In this document: one piece after another, positions 25,848-40,400 of the stretch | How the letters are laid out: the number at the start of each line of letters is the position of its first letter | Numbering within the stretch: position 1 is the stretch's first letter | Origin: Tubiluchus corallicola | Taxonomy: Eukaryota > Animalia > Priapulida | Length of the DNA stretch: 64,000 nt | NCBI GenBank assembly: GCA_030141605.1 | Contig: JAQGDQ010000094.1 | Span: 186,001 to 250,000 of the forward strand | Direction: 5' to 3' | The notes under the pieces: generated by a model | What the model was told of the DNA's origin: nothing | Seen by the model: the letters and a program-made list of their open reading frames with translations, nothing else | Databases searched by the model: none | Position numbers and translations under genes: made by a program

Positions 25848-26050
25848 TGGTAGTGGTAGTGGTAGTGGTAGTGGTAGTGGTAGTGGTAGTGGTAGTGGTA
25901 GTGGTAGTGGTAGTGGTAGTGGTAGTGGTAGTGGTAGTGGTAGTGGTAGTGGTAGTGGTAGTGGTCGTGGTAGTAGTCGTGGTCGTGGTCGTGGTAGTAG
26001 TCGTGGTCGTGGTACTAGTAATAGCAGTAGTAGCAGCAGCAACAACAATA
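25757..26050. repeat. Compound microsatellite (GTA)n-(GTGGTA)n-(GTCGTG)n
   Basis: Seen directly. Explains the poly-V, SG and LP ORFs. Confidence 0.97.
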
Positions 26051-28429
26051 GCGAGTTTCGTTATAAAAAAAACGTTTTATTTTGTTGAACCCCGGGTTGA
26101 AAAATTATTGTTGGTGATTATTGTATCATTGCAAGACTGCAAAATACAATGCTGTTGTTAGATCTAGTCATACATAAATTGCCTATTTTATTTTCGCTTT
26201 AAATAATTATTTTCTGTTTTTTTCCTGCATTTTTTGAATTCCATGATTTATTTGGCTAATCGATTTACTATTATTGCTTTTTGTCATAGTTTTCTTTACT
26301 TTTCTCTTTGAGCTTGTGAAATAAGTATATGTTGTAATTTTAAAATTTTTTCAGTGAATAAGGATAGTTTACTCGATGAGTTCAATTTGGTCTTTATCAT
26401 CCCTTCTCTATACCTATTTAACTAATCAATAGTGTTGTAATAATTGATGATATGTGCATGGAAATAAAGCATACTTAAATCTTCAATTTTGAAAGCGACG
26501 AAAAAACAAAAATTATTGATTTCTTTAGTAATGCGTGTATCGCTCTATTTACCTTAAGGCTCAGGCAACAGTTGTAAGAAGAATCGAAAAAATTGTCTTT
26601 ATTTTCGTTATGTCTTGTTACTTAATGCAAAAATGTAAGCTAGACGTCAGCAGAAATCTGAAATCGGATTATCAAAGCCAAACGAGCGTAGAATGTTGCA
26701 AAATAGTACCTCGACCCCTTAGAGGCAAGGCGGATTTACTGTCTGCAATATCATGCCAAGATTTTGAAGACTCGTTTAAGTAATGTTGTCACAAAAGAAA
26801 CTCAGTCTTACTCTCTATTTTGTTAGCGCACCTCAAGCTGTTTCTTTCTTCTGTTTTATCTGTTCAACACGCTACAAACGGTTTGCCGGATTTTTGTTTC
26901 ATGATCTGGTAAAATTGTCTTTGTTCTTCACTTGTGTATTTTCACTTCTGCTATTTTCAGCTGTAGATCTTGTTCTTAATTAGTGATTGTGCAATTCATT
27001 TTAAAATTTAAAAAGCAGAATTTAGTGGGTTTTTCCTTTCATCTTTTTCTTTCCATTTGATACAACACGCAGTGGTGCACTGAAATGTCTTTCCTTTCGA
27101 TTTCTTTATAATGGCATCTTTACCTATGTATGGAATCTTTTGCAAATCACTGAAATTATTTATCATTTTATCAGGCATGAGTAGGAAAATAATTAAATAT
27201 GTAGATTTTATACCCTGTTGCGTGTTGTGTGTAACCCTATCTTCGTATAGGTGTCTACTGTGACAAGAACTGACTGAATTAATTACAGAAACAAATCAAG
27301 TAGCAGGAAAGGCTTAATGACTAATGGTGACAAGAATACAGAAACAGTCTGGTCAGACAATGTGATAACTATACAGTAAACATAATAAGAGCTAAAACCA
27401 AGAAAACCCAGCTCTACAGTTGAATAGTTATTAAAGTTTCTATTCATCAATATGGTTTATTCAGCAAATGGTCATGCAATCTTATGTTGAGTAATTGCAA
27501 TTATGTCAGATTTTTGAATGTTAACTGAAGCTAAGCGCCTGCATTAATAATTTAATTCTGCATGAAACCCTAACTAATTGTTAAATCAACAACACAAAAA
27601 TGGTTCAACTGATACACAGCTGCCCTACATTAGTGAAATCCTGATGATTAGCATAAAAACGTTTCTTGAAGTTTAAACTCTATCCACATAGTCAATTTCA
27701 TAGTCACTGCTTGACGTGCACCTTTGCTAGATGCTGTGAACTATGAAAAGGCGACAGTTTCGGCAAACCTTAAAGTCCTGGTGCATGTCAGACAATTGTC
27801 TAGGAGCTTTAATTATTTCCATTTAATTTAATAAACGACCTTTGTCGCGGTAGCGATAATCTCTTAGCAGACATATCTGTTTAAAACTGACCCCACTCTG
27901 TTTACGCTGACTTTCAGCATTTGAAAATTTGTTGTAACAACTTGAAATAACTCCATTAGGCCAACACTTTTAATTTAGTTCATTTTCAAAATGTTCAAGC
28001 TAGCCATTTTGCTTTAAAATGTTAACCACTCAACGGTTAACTTTCGAAAAATTAATTTGCTTTTGGCAGTTTTAAATAAGACGTTCTAGATCGTTAAATT
28101 AGTTAATTAAAAAGCTCTAATTAATTAACTAATTTAAAAAGATTGCTAGAATCTTTTGTTTTGAACTGTGAGCTCGAATGATTAATAAATTTTGTGGTTT
28201 GTGTGGCTTCTAAAAAACATAGTTCTGAAAAGCATTATGACTGGATCAGTGGGTTATCACGATATGGGTCTTTACAGTCTTGACTGATTGTTGGTTTGGA
28301 ATCAGTTAATGAAATTTAATGTAGGTCACGGAATCTACGAGTCACGTTTGCTGTGTTAAATTTTACGATACTGTACAATTGCTTGATAGAAAAAAGTTTT
28401 TTCTATTTTTAGCGATAGGTTACGTTACC

Positions 28430-28552
28430 TTAAGTTAAGTTAGTTAGGGTTAGGTTAGATTTGGTTAGGTTAGGTTAGGTTAGGTTAGGTTTAATTGGAT
28501 TAGGCTAGATTGGGTGAGGTGAGGTTAGGTAGTCCAGGTTAGGTCAGGTTGG
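28430..28552. repeat. Degenerate (TTAGG)n microsatellite
   Basis: About 5 perfect units within about 120 bp of variants. Confidence 0.85.
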
Positions 28553-28989
28553 GAAGTTTATGCACATGAATTATTTAAATTTCCACAAGACACCCAATAT
28601 ACCCCAATCATCACTTTTTTCCATGTCTTTTTCTAAAATTTAAAGAATTTATTCAACGTGTGCACAGATAAATTACATAATAAAGAATTATTGATCAATC
28701 CATAACAATAACATTTTAAACATTAACATTAAAAAGATAACTCTACCTGACGTCATTTTATTTTTTCATGTATAATATGTTATTTTCCTACACCACAAAT
28801 AATTCATGAGAATAAAGTCAATGTCAGTGTGTAGATTGTGCTGACTGCTGTTGACGTAATGAAAGCTGCATATTTAGCCTCCCTGTGGTGCTCAGCTTTA
28901 CCATGGGATTACTGGCAATATTTAATTTACTGCAACCTGCATCATAATATTAGGCATTGCTCAGGTGGTACTTACACTTGATGCAGCGG

Positions 28990-29660
28990 AGGATTAGGTG
29001 CAGCTGTTGCTGTTGATGGTGGAAACAGTGAACTAGTTAATGATGATGGTGATACAAGTAACAGTGCTGCTGCTGCTGGCATTAGTTGTGAGAACTATGG
29101 CGATGACAGAGTTGCTAGTGATAGCAGTGATAGTGGACTTGTTGAGCTGCTTGTAGTTAAAGTGACATTACTGTAGTAAAATGATGGTGGTGGAAATGAA
29201 GCTACTGATCCAGTAGTAGTGACGATGGCAATGATGCTGCTGGTTATGCTTTATGGTGCTCCTGGTGGTAATGGCAATAGTGCTGCTGGTGGTAAGGTGA
29301 TGATGGCAATGGTGCTGCTGGCAATAACGGTGAAAATGGCAATGGCGTTGCTGGTGGTAAAGTGGTAATGGCAATGGTTCTGATGGTAGCAAGGTGGTAA
29401 TGGCAATGGTGCTACTGCTGGAAATGATAATACGCTGCTTGGGAATTTCACTGTTGGGTATGATGATGGTAGTGCTGATTTTGTTGGTTGGCAGTATAGT
29501 GATGACGAAAATTGCTTTGGCAGGAATCCAGTTAGTTGAAGGCTACTGACACTAAATTATGAAATTATGATGACGAAGCAATGTGCATGATGGTAATGAT
29601 GGTGAAGATGGTGCTAGTACGCGCAGCGGGTGGAGGCAGTGATGGTGATGGTAGCAGCAA
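28990..29660. repeat. Degenerate GGT/GAT/GCT region containing a 32-33 bp minisatellite
   Basis: About five units resembling ATGGCAATGGTGCTGCTGGTGGTAAAGTGGTA at 29271-29420. The 32-bp unit length breaks reading frame. Confidence 0.75.
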
Positions 29661-31295
29661 ACATTGTTTCGCACAATCTATGAGAATAAATGTTCAGTTG
29701 AAAGTTTATATTGATTACCGAGAAAGGCAAAACGTAAATATCTTTACGTGGATACTACTAATATGGTTGCGAATTCCACATAGACGCAGCTAGGAAAGAA
29801 ATAGATTAATCAATGCAGAGTCTTCAGCAACCATGATCCTCTTGTGATATTAGGTTGTTAGGTTCTACGCATTTCCGAGAATGCAATTTGCATACTGTAA
29901 TGCTGTTTTTTTACTAGAAACGTCACCTGATAAAAACAATGTTGCAGACATGCGTAATCGCGTAAAAAACAGTTCGGGCGCATAGAAACGTTCATAATGT
30001 GGCATGTACTTTATAATGAAGTTCATTTTCAGTCTTGTCACGTTAGCTTCTAAAACTGTAAGTGCTAATGTACTAGCTAATTAAACGCTGTTTCCATATT
30101 TCACAGGCTAGCTGAAGTGTTCGTTGATTCGAGGACACCGTAAAACAAGTTTTTCACAGACAAATATGGCAACCGATTTACAGCCAGTAGCAGCTTTAGA
30201 CTAACAAGTGGAACAATGTCGTTTAGGAAGTGCATTGGAAATGTAAGTCAATAATTAAAATAACATACTAGAACCCACAAGATGTAAGAGTTTTATTTAA
30301 GAAGATAATCACCAAACGTAAGAACAGTGTAATTCCGCATTCTTGTTTCGTAGTTTTTCATTGAGGAATTACAGATCAATACAGACATTAGACCATTGTT
30401 TTAGTAACATTGTTTCCTCCATAAGCGTAATACTACGTGACTTGTTTGTGCGTTATTGATAATAAATCTGTAAAGATATACTCCAGTCTTGCGTGTTCAT
30501 GAAAGCGTCAAAATTGCACTTGGGGTCTACGTGGGCGCCACTAATTACACGGGTAAATATTCGAGGTCTAAAATGGTTTAAATGAGTTTATGTGGCAGTA
30601 TCGATCATTTCTAACCGGTGCTCCACAAGTCAGTTTGTACCTAGGTTGGCTCCCCGTTCCCATTCCTCAGCTCCAGATTAGGTCTAGAAAAGACGCTCTG
30701 TAAACAGATACGTCGTTCCGTTCAGACTTTTTGGCAGAAAATAGTGTTAACGCAACTTACACTTCAAGCATACACAGGTGCCGTTCCAAGCTCAAAACAG
30801 ATGTTAAAGAACATCAGACTGCCAGTTCATATTACCACATCTTGCCATCCTGCAGTGGATCCACCATTTGTTCTCAAATTAGACAGGCACAGAGCGGTTC
30901 ACTAATTTTTCTAAATTCACACTTCCTTCAGAATGCAGCTTCCCCAGAAATGACCATTTTTACTATAAGTTCGTGTAGATTATAAAAAAATTCTGCTCTC
31001 CACACTATCTACACTACAGCTTTTTCTGCTCTCGTGTTTCGCACAGGTAAAAAACATACAGATACGTGGCCTCTTAGGTCAAACTTAGGATGGTATTCAT
31101 TCTCTCGGGTATTTCTAAAACATCTCTTCAGGTGTCCAACCCTTGTCACTTAATGTTAGTAGTTAACTAAGGTGAAGACAACAATCCCTAAATCACCGAA
31201 GGTTATTATAAAATTGTCGGAAATATCAACGTATCAACAGAAAGGAGTTTTGGTATTAACTGTTAAAACCCCATTGTATGGATTTGGACCTTACA

Positions 31296-31335
31296 AATAA
31301 TAATGACAATAATAATAATAATAATAATAATAATA

Positions 31336-31393
<58 letters not shown>

Positions 31394-31412
31394 TAATAAT
31401 AATAATAATAAT
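31296..31412. repeat. (AAT)n-(ATT)n-(AAT)n inverted microsatellite
   Basis: Seen directly. Confidence 0.95.
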
Positions 31413-34400
31413 CTTTATTTACAGTTGGCTTTTAGGTTAACAAAAAAGATCAGATCAAAAGGCTTTTTGCCTACTATAAATAACAAATCTACAACTACAT
31501 AACAGAGACTATTATTACCCCAATTATACCCTAAATACCACGCGCCATGCAGGGTAACTGCAGGTACCATTTCTAAAGACTTTGGTATCTCGGCCGCAAT
31601 ATCGAACTCACCACCTAGATTAAACCGTCTGGTCAAGTGGTAATGGCAATGGTGCTGCTGGTGATAAAGCTTACTACAGAAGTTACAAGTCTACTATATT
31701 TTACGTGATGTGATACGAAGAACCAGATCCAGTTTAAATAATTTTAATTTATGCATTCTGTTTAGTAAAATTAGTACTAGCATGGAACACGAATATAAAG
31801 ACTTTCAGCTAGGTGACAGGTAACTGGGTTCGAAATACAACAGAACACCTCATATTTAATTTTTAAACTTTCTCGTTTATTCCGCTTACATTATCGATCC
31901 CTTAAAGGAAGAACCAACTCTCGAACAACATTTATTACATTTTAATGTACAATTAAAAATATTGAAATCACAATACAAAATATACACATAGAATGCTTTG
32001 CTTAGAAATGTAAAAGAAATTTAATTATTTCTTATCTCCAGCCAAGCGAACGTTGATGCCGGCATATTTCAAAAAATGACGTATGCTGGTGTATGCTGGG
32101 CAGCGTGAATACCGTGAAGGCAAGCTGTGTGACGCGGTGCAAAATTTCTACAGTTTGCTCCGGCGTTCCGTTATTCTAATGTTGTGCTTCACTGTGTTTA
32201 TCAAGAAATTAGTCATTCCATCAATTATGATCTAATTTAAAGTCAATAGTCACAGGTCGTGTTCTAAAGCCTTTCTATTCTGGCTAACAAGTGACTTAAA
32301 TAAGTGCAGTTACCTGTTATCAAATCAATAAACTTAATCTAAGAGAAGCCACATTAGTCACCTACAGGACAAGTACGTAGCACCTTAATTTTTAACGATA
32401 TATTCATGCACCAAAAAAGACTTAATCATTCGAGTCAAAGACTTTAACATTTTTGTCATCAACAAGTAAAAGTCACAAGACTACAAATCCCCGATGGCGT
32501 TGCCTCGTTTTAATGTATCAAGTAGCCAAAAAATTGTCTACGCTGCTTTCGCTTTGATCAAGTCATCTATCGACACGCACGTTTCCCATATCTTAATATG
32601 AAAATTTTATACAAAAACTCATAGATTCAGTTTTTTCCTTCTTAAATATGACTACTTAAATATGGAATTCTTTAGCAGAAAATTGTAGCTGCAAATTCAC
32701 GTGCTCCAAAAAGAACACCAGGAATTAATTCTTGTCAATCAATTCCGTTCAGTTTTAGCATTAGTTTAAACTGTTAAACTTTCGTTGTTATTCGAATGTA
32801 AGTGCTTAGTGCTCACATCTCGAATAACGTGTCTACAGCCTAGAGTTATGTTGAACACATTTTCTACCTGTTATCTGTTTACGATCTTTTAGCGCTACGT
32901 GTGCCCATACAAGGTATAAAGCAATTATTAGTCGATGGTAAAGCAAGAAACATGCACTGCGAAACCGCTTATGCGGCGTTCAATATTAAGAGCAATAAAA
33001 TATACACTAGATTGCTTATTAATTTGTACGAATTCTATTTTAGTTCTATTTTAACTGCTTTTTGTTTCTTTTTTAATTGTTCCATTTCGATTTTATTGGT
33101 ACTGTGAAGCTACGTAATAAAAGCATAAAACAAAGTAATTGATGAAACACCCCCAGTATTAGTTCCTTCCCGAGCTTTCTGAAATGACTCATTATGCGAG
33201 GTAAGCAATATGGTTGGTTAATAGCTACCCTCATACGTTGTCATTATTGACTATTAAGTTTTAATCAACAGAACAAGACACAGATAACTATTCTGGTACG
33301 ACTCAGCTGAGATAATAATATACTTGCCGTTTTCTTTTAAAAATACATAGCGGATAAATAATGTAAAAAGACAAACTGAGCAAACGGTTTAAGAGATTCT
33401 TTTACATTTAGATCTGATAAACTCACTGTATAAACTCATACAGGAGCTGTTTTGTGTTTATATGACTGGGTAAGTTTGAAGCCTTCAGCTCAAAAAACTG
33501 CAGCGTCTTAGAAGAATCAACTAAGACGAGCTGAAATTTTAACTGTCTTTTATTTCTTGTCAGGGCTTTTCCGAGATTGGCGTCTGCCTTGCGTTAAGTG
33601 GCTGTACTGAAACAAGAATACTCTAGACTATTATTTTGTTTAGACATAAGCCGTATAAAACATACAGTTAAATATGTGCTATAGCGAATAGTTTTGATTT
33701 TAAGTACCTGTCTGAATTTACGACTGAGTGTAAAAAACTAATTTACAAAAATACAAGCTATCATGGGCTATAATAGTATTTTCTGCACAAGTGCAAAACA
33801 TCTACTAAATAAATAAATGTCCTATACAATTAGTTATACTTTACAACTAAACGAAAATAGTTTAATTTAGTTTAAACGTTATTTATTTATAGTGGATTTA
33901 CAAAACAAACTGCATTTGATACAGGTATCTCCACGGTGCAAGTGCTGAGTGCGAAGTGCTAATAAAAGATTAATGGGCATCGCAACTAATAATTATCACA
34001 CTCGATTCGATAAAACAATTGACTCATTCACAATCAGCTGGTGGTGGTTAAACATGAACAGTATTTTCAAGCATGAACACTATGAAAATAGTTTACAAAA
34101 GTACAAATATATTTTTATCATTTTTGTTAGCAACGCTTGCTCTGTTTAGGTACTGCAGTTATTGTTAATAAAAGAGTCTAGCCAATAGTAACTTGTTCAA
34201 GAACTTTTAGCAAGAAAAATTTCTAATGAACCAATTTAAACGAATAAAATAATATGGTTTGGTTTGGTTTTTAACGTCATTGTTCTTATTCGTGTGTTTA
34301 ATGTGAGCCACAAGTGAATTATATTATCTGCAGACAACTCAATGCGGCAGTCTTTAGTTCTACTCAATAAGTCGACTAAGATTGCCATGTAGTCTCATTA

Positions 34401-37400
34401 TTAGATTATTAGCTTGATAACTGCAGTCTCAAGCGACTTAAAACGGAAAAATGACTACATACAATGAGCACTGAATTCAGACAATAGTCGAAAAAGTGCA
34501 AAGCATTTGGTGTTGAATATTTGTTCCCTCTTCAGTGTAAAGAATTTATTAAATTTAATTAACGACGAATATGGAGTCATTAATTTAAATCATCCGTCTA
34601 AGCTGTGATTAATTATTTAATTATGAAATAACTAATCTGCTTCTTAAATCAATTCATAATAAGAAAATAAATTTGATTTTTCAAGTACCGAAGCACAAAC
34701 TGTGTAATTTAAAACTGCTGCAGGAGTAAGACGTCATTAATTTCTAACGTGGATAAACAATAAAAATTGCATGGATAAACAATGAAAAAAGACTTATTTC
34801 CTGCTGACAGGCTGCTGCATTGCATCGATATCATAAACACGTTATGAACTTGTCACCTATGTTTTAGCATGTTAACAACCCTCTCTTGACTTTGAAGTAA
34901 GACTAATAATCAAGAAAATGATTTGTTTGATAATTATCCAATTCTGAGTTCTAGGAGAGAACAGAATATTAACGCACTACAAGAACGAACTGCACAACTT
35001 TGACATTTTTCGCCGCTGGTGCTGAGTTTACACGTTTACGCAAGTCTTTTTCATTCAATTTGCTGGTCATTAAAATTTTACGAAGTACGCATTCGCTTGC
35101 AATCAGATATTTAATTACTGATTTAATTTACAATCAAAGGTAGAAATTACACACCAGGAGTATTGCACTATCACCTATTGCGGCTACTTTCTTGTCCTGC
35201 TGTAGGCTTCAGGGCATCACTGTCAGAATGTGCAATATAACCTGCATCTGCACGGACATTCCTTAGTTTTAATAAAAATATAAAACCACACAACATCTAC
35301 GTTCCTGTTTACGCGTGCTACGACGACACGATGTAAATGCAACGTGGAAACATCAACGAAATATGCCGGAAGAGGCTGGGTTCCTCGGTCGTATCCCAGA
35401 AAGGCTGCCCCAAACTCTTAAGGCCTGCACGCCGCATGGTAAGTTTGGGTGACATCCGCTACCTTTTTAACGATGTTGTAATACACGAAAATATTCCGTG
35501 TTTCTTTTGAATCCACTTGCGTACACGCTTACGTAACACCCTATACTTTTTGTGGTGCCAACATTGATTTGCAGTACCATATAGACATGCCAAGGACCTA
35601 CTTTTTGATCATTCTTCAACTTTAGGGCGAAGTGGTTACATCCGTGCTTTACGACCGAAGTTAAACAACGCTGAGGCTCGTCAGCGAACAGAAGAAGCTC
35701 AACGCTCGCTCTGTGTGGTTTCAGTCGTCATCTGATTCTGGCTGTTTGCACTGCGTACGAAAGATGCATTCACATCCAAACACACATTCACGAAACTTTT
35801 GTGCCTGCTGGGGTTTCTCGTCTAAAAATACTAGGCTCCATAATGAGCCAGACTTCGTTTCTGCCACAGCCATATACATTAATTAGTCTTTACACTGATT
35901 GCTGGATTTTAACTTGCAGTGCTGTAGTGTTAGTTTACTAAACTTTTTTTAAGAATGCCTTTGCAGCCATGTTGAAGAACTTTGTCCAACCTGATTGATC
36001 ACGAAGAATAACTGAATCGAGTACCAAGGAATATAAGTATGATAGATATGAAGTACTATAATATATAAGTACTACTTGCAGTAGTACTTGCTTGTATTAC
36101 CTATCCAGTTTACGTATTCAAATAGGACACACAGACATACTAGACAGCGAACAGGCCTTGGTACTTTGCCGATATGGTTTCAGTCTCATAGGCTTCATAG
36201 GGAGATGACTGAGGAGTTCAAATTTCAGGTCGTTGATGTTTTATGAGCATTAACCGCCGCTCTTACAACATGTCGTTGTAACTATATACTTTTCTATACC
36301 TTATAGTAAATAACGACGTTTGTGCAGTGTGGAAGAGAAAGAATTTAATGGTAATAAGCTGTGATGGAAAAGAATTGGACAGTGTAAACACTTTGAAATT
36401 GCAGTGTAACGCTGTGTAAGTCTTGTATTTTTATCAAGACTATGATATATTCAGCTGTATTGGTGTACTTTTGCACGCTACGGCAAAGATATGCTGAAGC
36501 CAGTAGCAGAACGAGAAATTACCCGCAGTAGATGGTGCGTAATTCCAATTTTAGTCAATCATTTAGCTGTGGATTAAGTCATTTACCAGTTATCCAGGCG
36601 TGACTATGAACGTTGTATGTATCTTAACTGATCAGCCAATTGAATGAAAACAATCTATCTTATTAATAACACTAGAAATCATGACAGATTTTCACTAATT
36701 GCACTGGCTACGGCATAGAAGACAAATACTGTTGCTATTTATTTTTCTGTAATCGCTTATGTCGTCAATTTCTTCCTCCCAGCGGAAAAGCATAAGCAGT
36801 CATCTATTATGAGGAGGCTGAGTTCTTGTTATTGATTACTAAATAATGTGTCTGCTAATGATGGCTGTTTCAGCGCTTTTGGTCAAGTGGGAACGGCCCC
36901 AGATTTACACCTTAGCGAGCTTGTCACAGTTTCATTACTAGAAAAACGAGAATTTTTCTTGCAACTTAGGTAGATTGAAAAACAATAATTAGCAACTTAA
37001 CTAAAACGACTAGTGAAGTATTTCGGCAGCAAATAAACAACACAACTTATAACTTGTACTTCAATGCACCTTCACATGTTTTGATGGTGAACTCTTTAAT
37101 GTTCTTTCTAACGTGTTCAAATGTAAAGTTCATGTCGATGTTATTGTTTCTTCTTTTTGTCATTTAATATCCTGTGTCACGTGATCATGTCGGCTTCTCT
37201 TGGGGTTTCTCAATGCTTTCTCTGCTCTCAGCTGATTAGATTTACCTGAGTAAACTGCTTACCTGAGAATACACAATAGATAATATTACAGTTTTTACTG
37301 CAAGGACTCGCTGTACTCTTTTGTCCATTGTTTAGTGCGTTGTCACGGAAACGTATTAGCTTTGAGAATAAAGAAACTGGCTTCTATGGCATATGAAGGC

Positions 37401-40400
37401 TTGACGAGTTGAAATAAGTTTTGATAAACGAAGCTTTTAAATGACAAACATTTACAAAGTAAGAACTAATAGTATAGATCTGTTTCACCTTTTTAATGAA
37501 GAGACCCACCACTGATGTCAACATATTATATATACATGTAGTATGCAATTGTACTACGTATTACAGAGAAATGATGTTCTCGTGGAAGTGAATATAGGAA
37601 TGTTGATTTGTTTTTCATGTCAATTTTTTAATATTTTTTATACTGCTTTTACATTTCTTTTTATAACCATTTATTCATTGCCACACCATCAACTTTGCTT
37701 ATCAATCAAAAAGTTACTGGAGTTGAATAATTATGACGCATACATATGCGACATTTAAGTTAAACTGTCATTAAACAGCGACAGTGAGTAGCGTGCCCTA
37801 ACACTTGAAACTTACACATTCCCGGTATATATCAGAGTTCTATAATGCTGTTTCTTACAGAGATTTAGAGTACGACATAATACAGTTTCTTACAGAGATC
37901 TTGAGTACGAAATAAGTGCGACATATTTTATTTTGCAAAAGAACGCGCAGATTTGACAGGTAATTAAGCGATGCGTCATGCTTGGAAGAATTCACAAATC
38001 GACAGAGGAACTCGATTATATACGTCACAGTGAGCATTTCGTTCTGCAGGTATGTCCATTACGTGACGTCACCAAGCTGAAAACATGCACATGATAAAGT
38101 CGTCAGTTTTGTTTATGTATTCAACATCTTATGTATCCAACGTCTTAAAAAGTACATTTATTTTAAATATACTTTTTATGATAATAATAGCTTGTAAGTT
38201 AATTACAAGAAGTTCAGCAAGTATTAATAGAGCAGCACCAGCTATAGAACGTTTTATTCAAGTGTCTTGCGGAAAACACCTGATAAACACGTGTTAAGAA
38301 TCATCGACATAGTCGCAGAAAAGCAAAAACTACTACAGCTGATAATCAAGCTCTCTATCTTGAATCACTTAATTTATGAAATTACTTAAACTCGACAATT
38401 GAAGTTCGCAGCATTGCTCTTACTAGAAAGGCCCCCTAGGTGGCAGGCTGCAACTGCACTCAGGTCACAGTCTTGGATATCATGTATTAATATAGCACTC
38501 TGTTAAGAAAACAACTGATTGTACGGTTTACCTGACCACGTGTCAGTCAGAAATAATTCCAGTCAAACGACTACGCTTGGTCACACTTGACCCAGATTTT
38601 CCAGATGGCTAAGCACTCTAAGCTCTCAGGCTTCTCTATATGACTTCATCAATAGCGAGTCTTAGGTTAGTGGTTATCATTAGCGTTTGATTAATGCAAC
38701 ATGAATGGTTATTATACCTGAAGCCTGTGAGTCAATCATCAGTGTAAATGGCACAGGTATTTGAGGTTATTACGGCTGTGCCTTGAGAGGTGAAACCTCG
38801 ATGAAATGGGTGTGCTTGTCACAAGTAATGCGGTTTGGATGTCCAGTAACTACGCGCAACATATAAAATAAATCATGGCGAGAGTGTCTTTCAACCTTTG
38901 CACGCGCGATTCTACAGAGTCGACCAGAAAAAAAGTTTCCCAAAATTAACTCGTAGCCCATCATCCTAGTAGTAGTATTTGTAAACGTGACCCACGTCGG
39001 CACATTGTCCGGTTTATCCTTTTTCCAAAGAGCTATAAATTGCATTTTTTCCTCCAAGCCTTTCAGGAATTTTTTCCTCAAGCGCTGCTAGTACATGTTT
39101 TCTACACGGAGCGAAACGACCATTTTTGAAGTTTTTCTAAAGGAACGTCGGCACCTAGAGGAAAACAAAATGTCCATAATTTAGTAATATTTGACATACA
39201 TTTGCCCGATGACACTGAAGCCACTAACTTTTTATCGTTGACGTCTGAAACAGATGTGCTACAGGCTTCACATGACTTCCACTCGGTTGACTCACAAAAC
39301 GAAAACCTTTTCAAGATCTAGGCTTTTATAAGGTTTCTCTACAAGGTTTTTCTCAATTCTGCCCAATCTAGATTTATATATGAATTAGTCATGGCGCGCC
39401 CATACCGGCATCTGAGTTACCATAAATATTTCAGGTGCAAACGCTCCTGTTTGCGTCACTTATGTTAATTTTTATCAGGCTTAAAATCTTGCATGATTTT
39501 AAATACCGTAAAATGGAGTGAATGCGGATAATTTTTCCTTTCAAACTACAATATCTTTTTGTTAGTTTTTATTCTAAATTGTGTTTAGTAATTATGTGGC
39601 CTCATACATAATATATCTCTTGAAGGTATTGTTCTTAGGACAAAAAATCGTTCATAGATTTTTTTGTTTAAAAACGAGTGTCCACTATTAACTCTGCATT
39701 TTGGGGTGCATGGGGACAACTTTATTTTTGGTTCTTGTACCCATTTAGGCATTACATGAGATGAAAAGGGACACAACTTAGGTTTTAAAAAATCAGTTAC
39801 CTTGATATCTATGATAAATTTACAAAGTATGGTTAGATAGCACTGCTCTTAGATAGCACAATCTGTTACGTATCACCAAACATCAAAATGACATCATATC
39901 CTAAAACTAAACCCAACATTTTAGTTTGGGCTGTAGCTCCCAAAATTTGGGACAAATTGTGTACATTATACAATACGGTACAATGTGTACATTCATAAAA
40001 TACATAAAAAAACCTGAACTAAAATATGTGATAATAAAATTTATGTAGCTTATACATGAATTAAGTGTTTTTCAGAATCACTAGAGTCTTACCAGAGTCA
40101 CTAGACAAAGGCATACACACCATTTACTTGCATATACCTGTAGCAAAGATATCTGTGAGCAAAGATTTAAATTTTTGGAAATTACTGAACAGCCTAATTT
40201 TAGACATAAGTGAATTCCAGTAACGAGGTCCACGAGGGTTTAAACTATCTGTTATGAAGCTTAATAACAGGATGAGACAACAAAGTAACTATCATTCAAA
40301 TGTGATCTGTAGTTTCAATAGAACTGTTATTATGTTCCGTATTTCCAGCATGCGCTGTATTGTGAACTGCTCTAATACTCATAGTAAAACTTTAAATATG

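Noticed and set aside
25704-26161. Poly-Val, Ser-Gly and Leu-Pro ORFs
   Set aside because: They are translations of a pure microsatellite, with no gene structure.
28430-28552. Arthropod-type telomere (TTAGG)n as a taxonomic or chromosome-end marker
   Set aside because: Short, degenerate and interstitial, so it does not support either conclusion.
29000-29660. A third Gly-rich protein gene
   Set aside because: The 32-bp units shift frame, there are stops, and there is no signal peptide or core motif.
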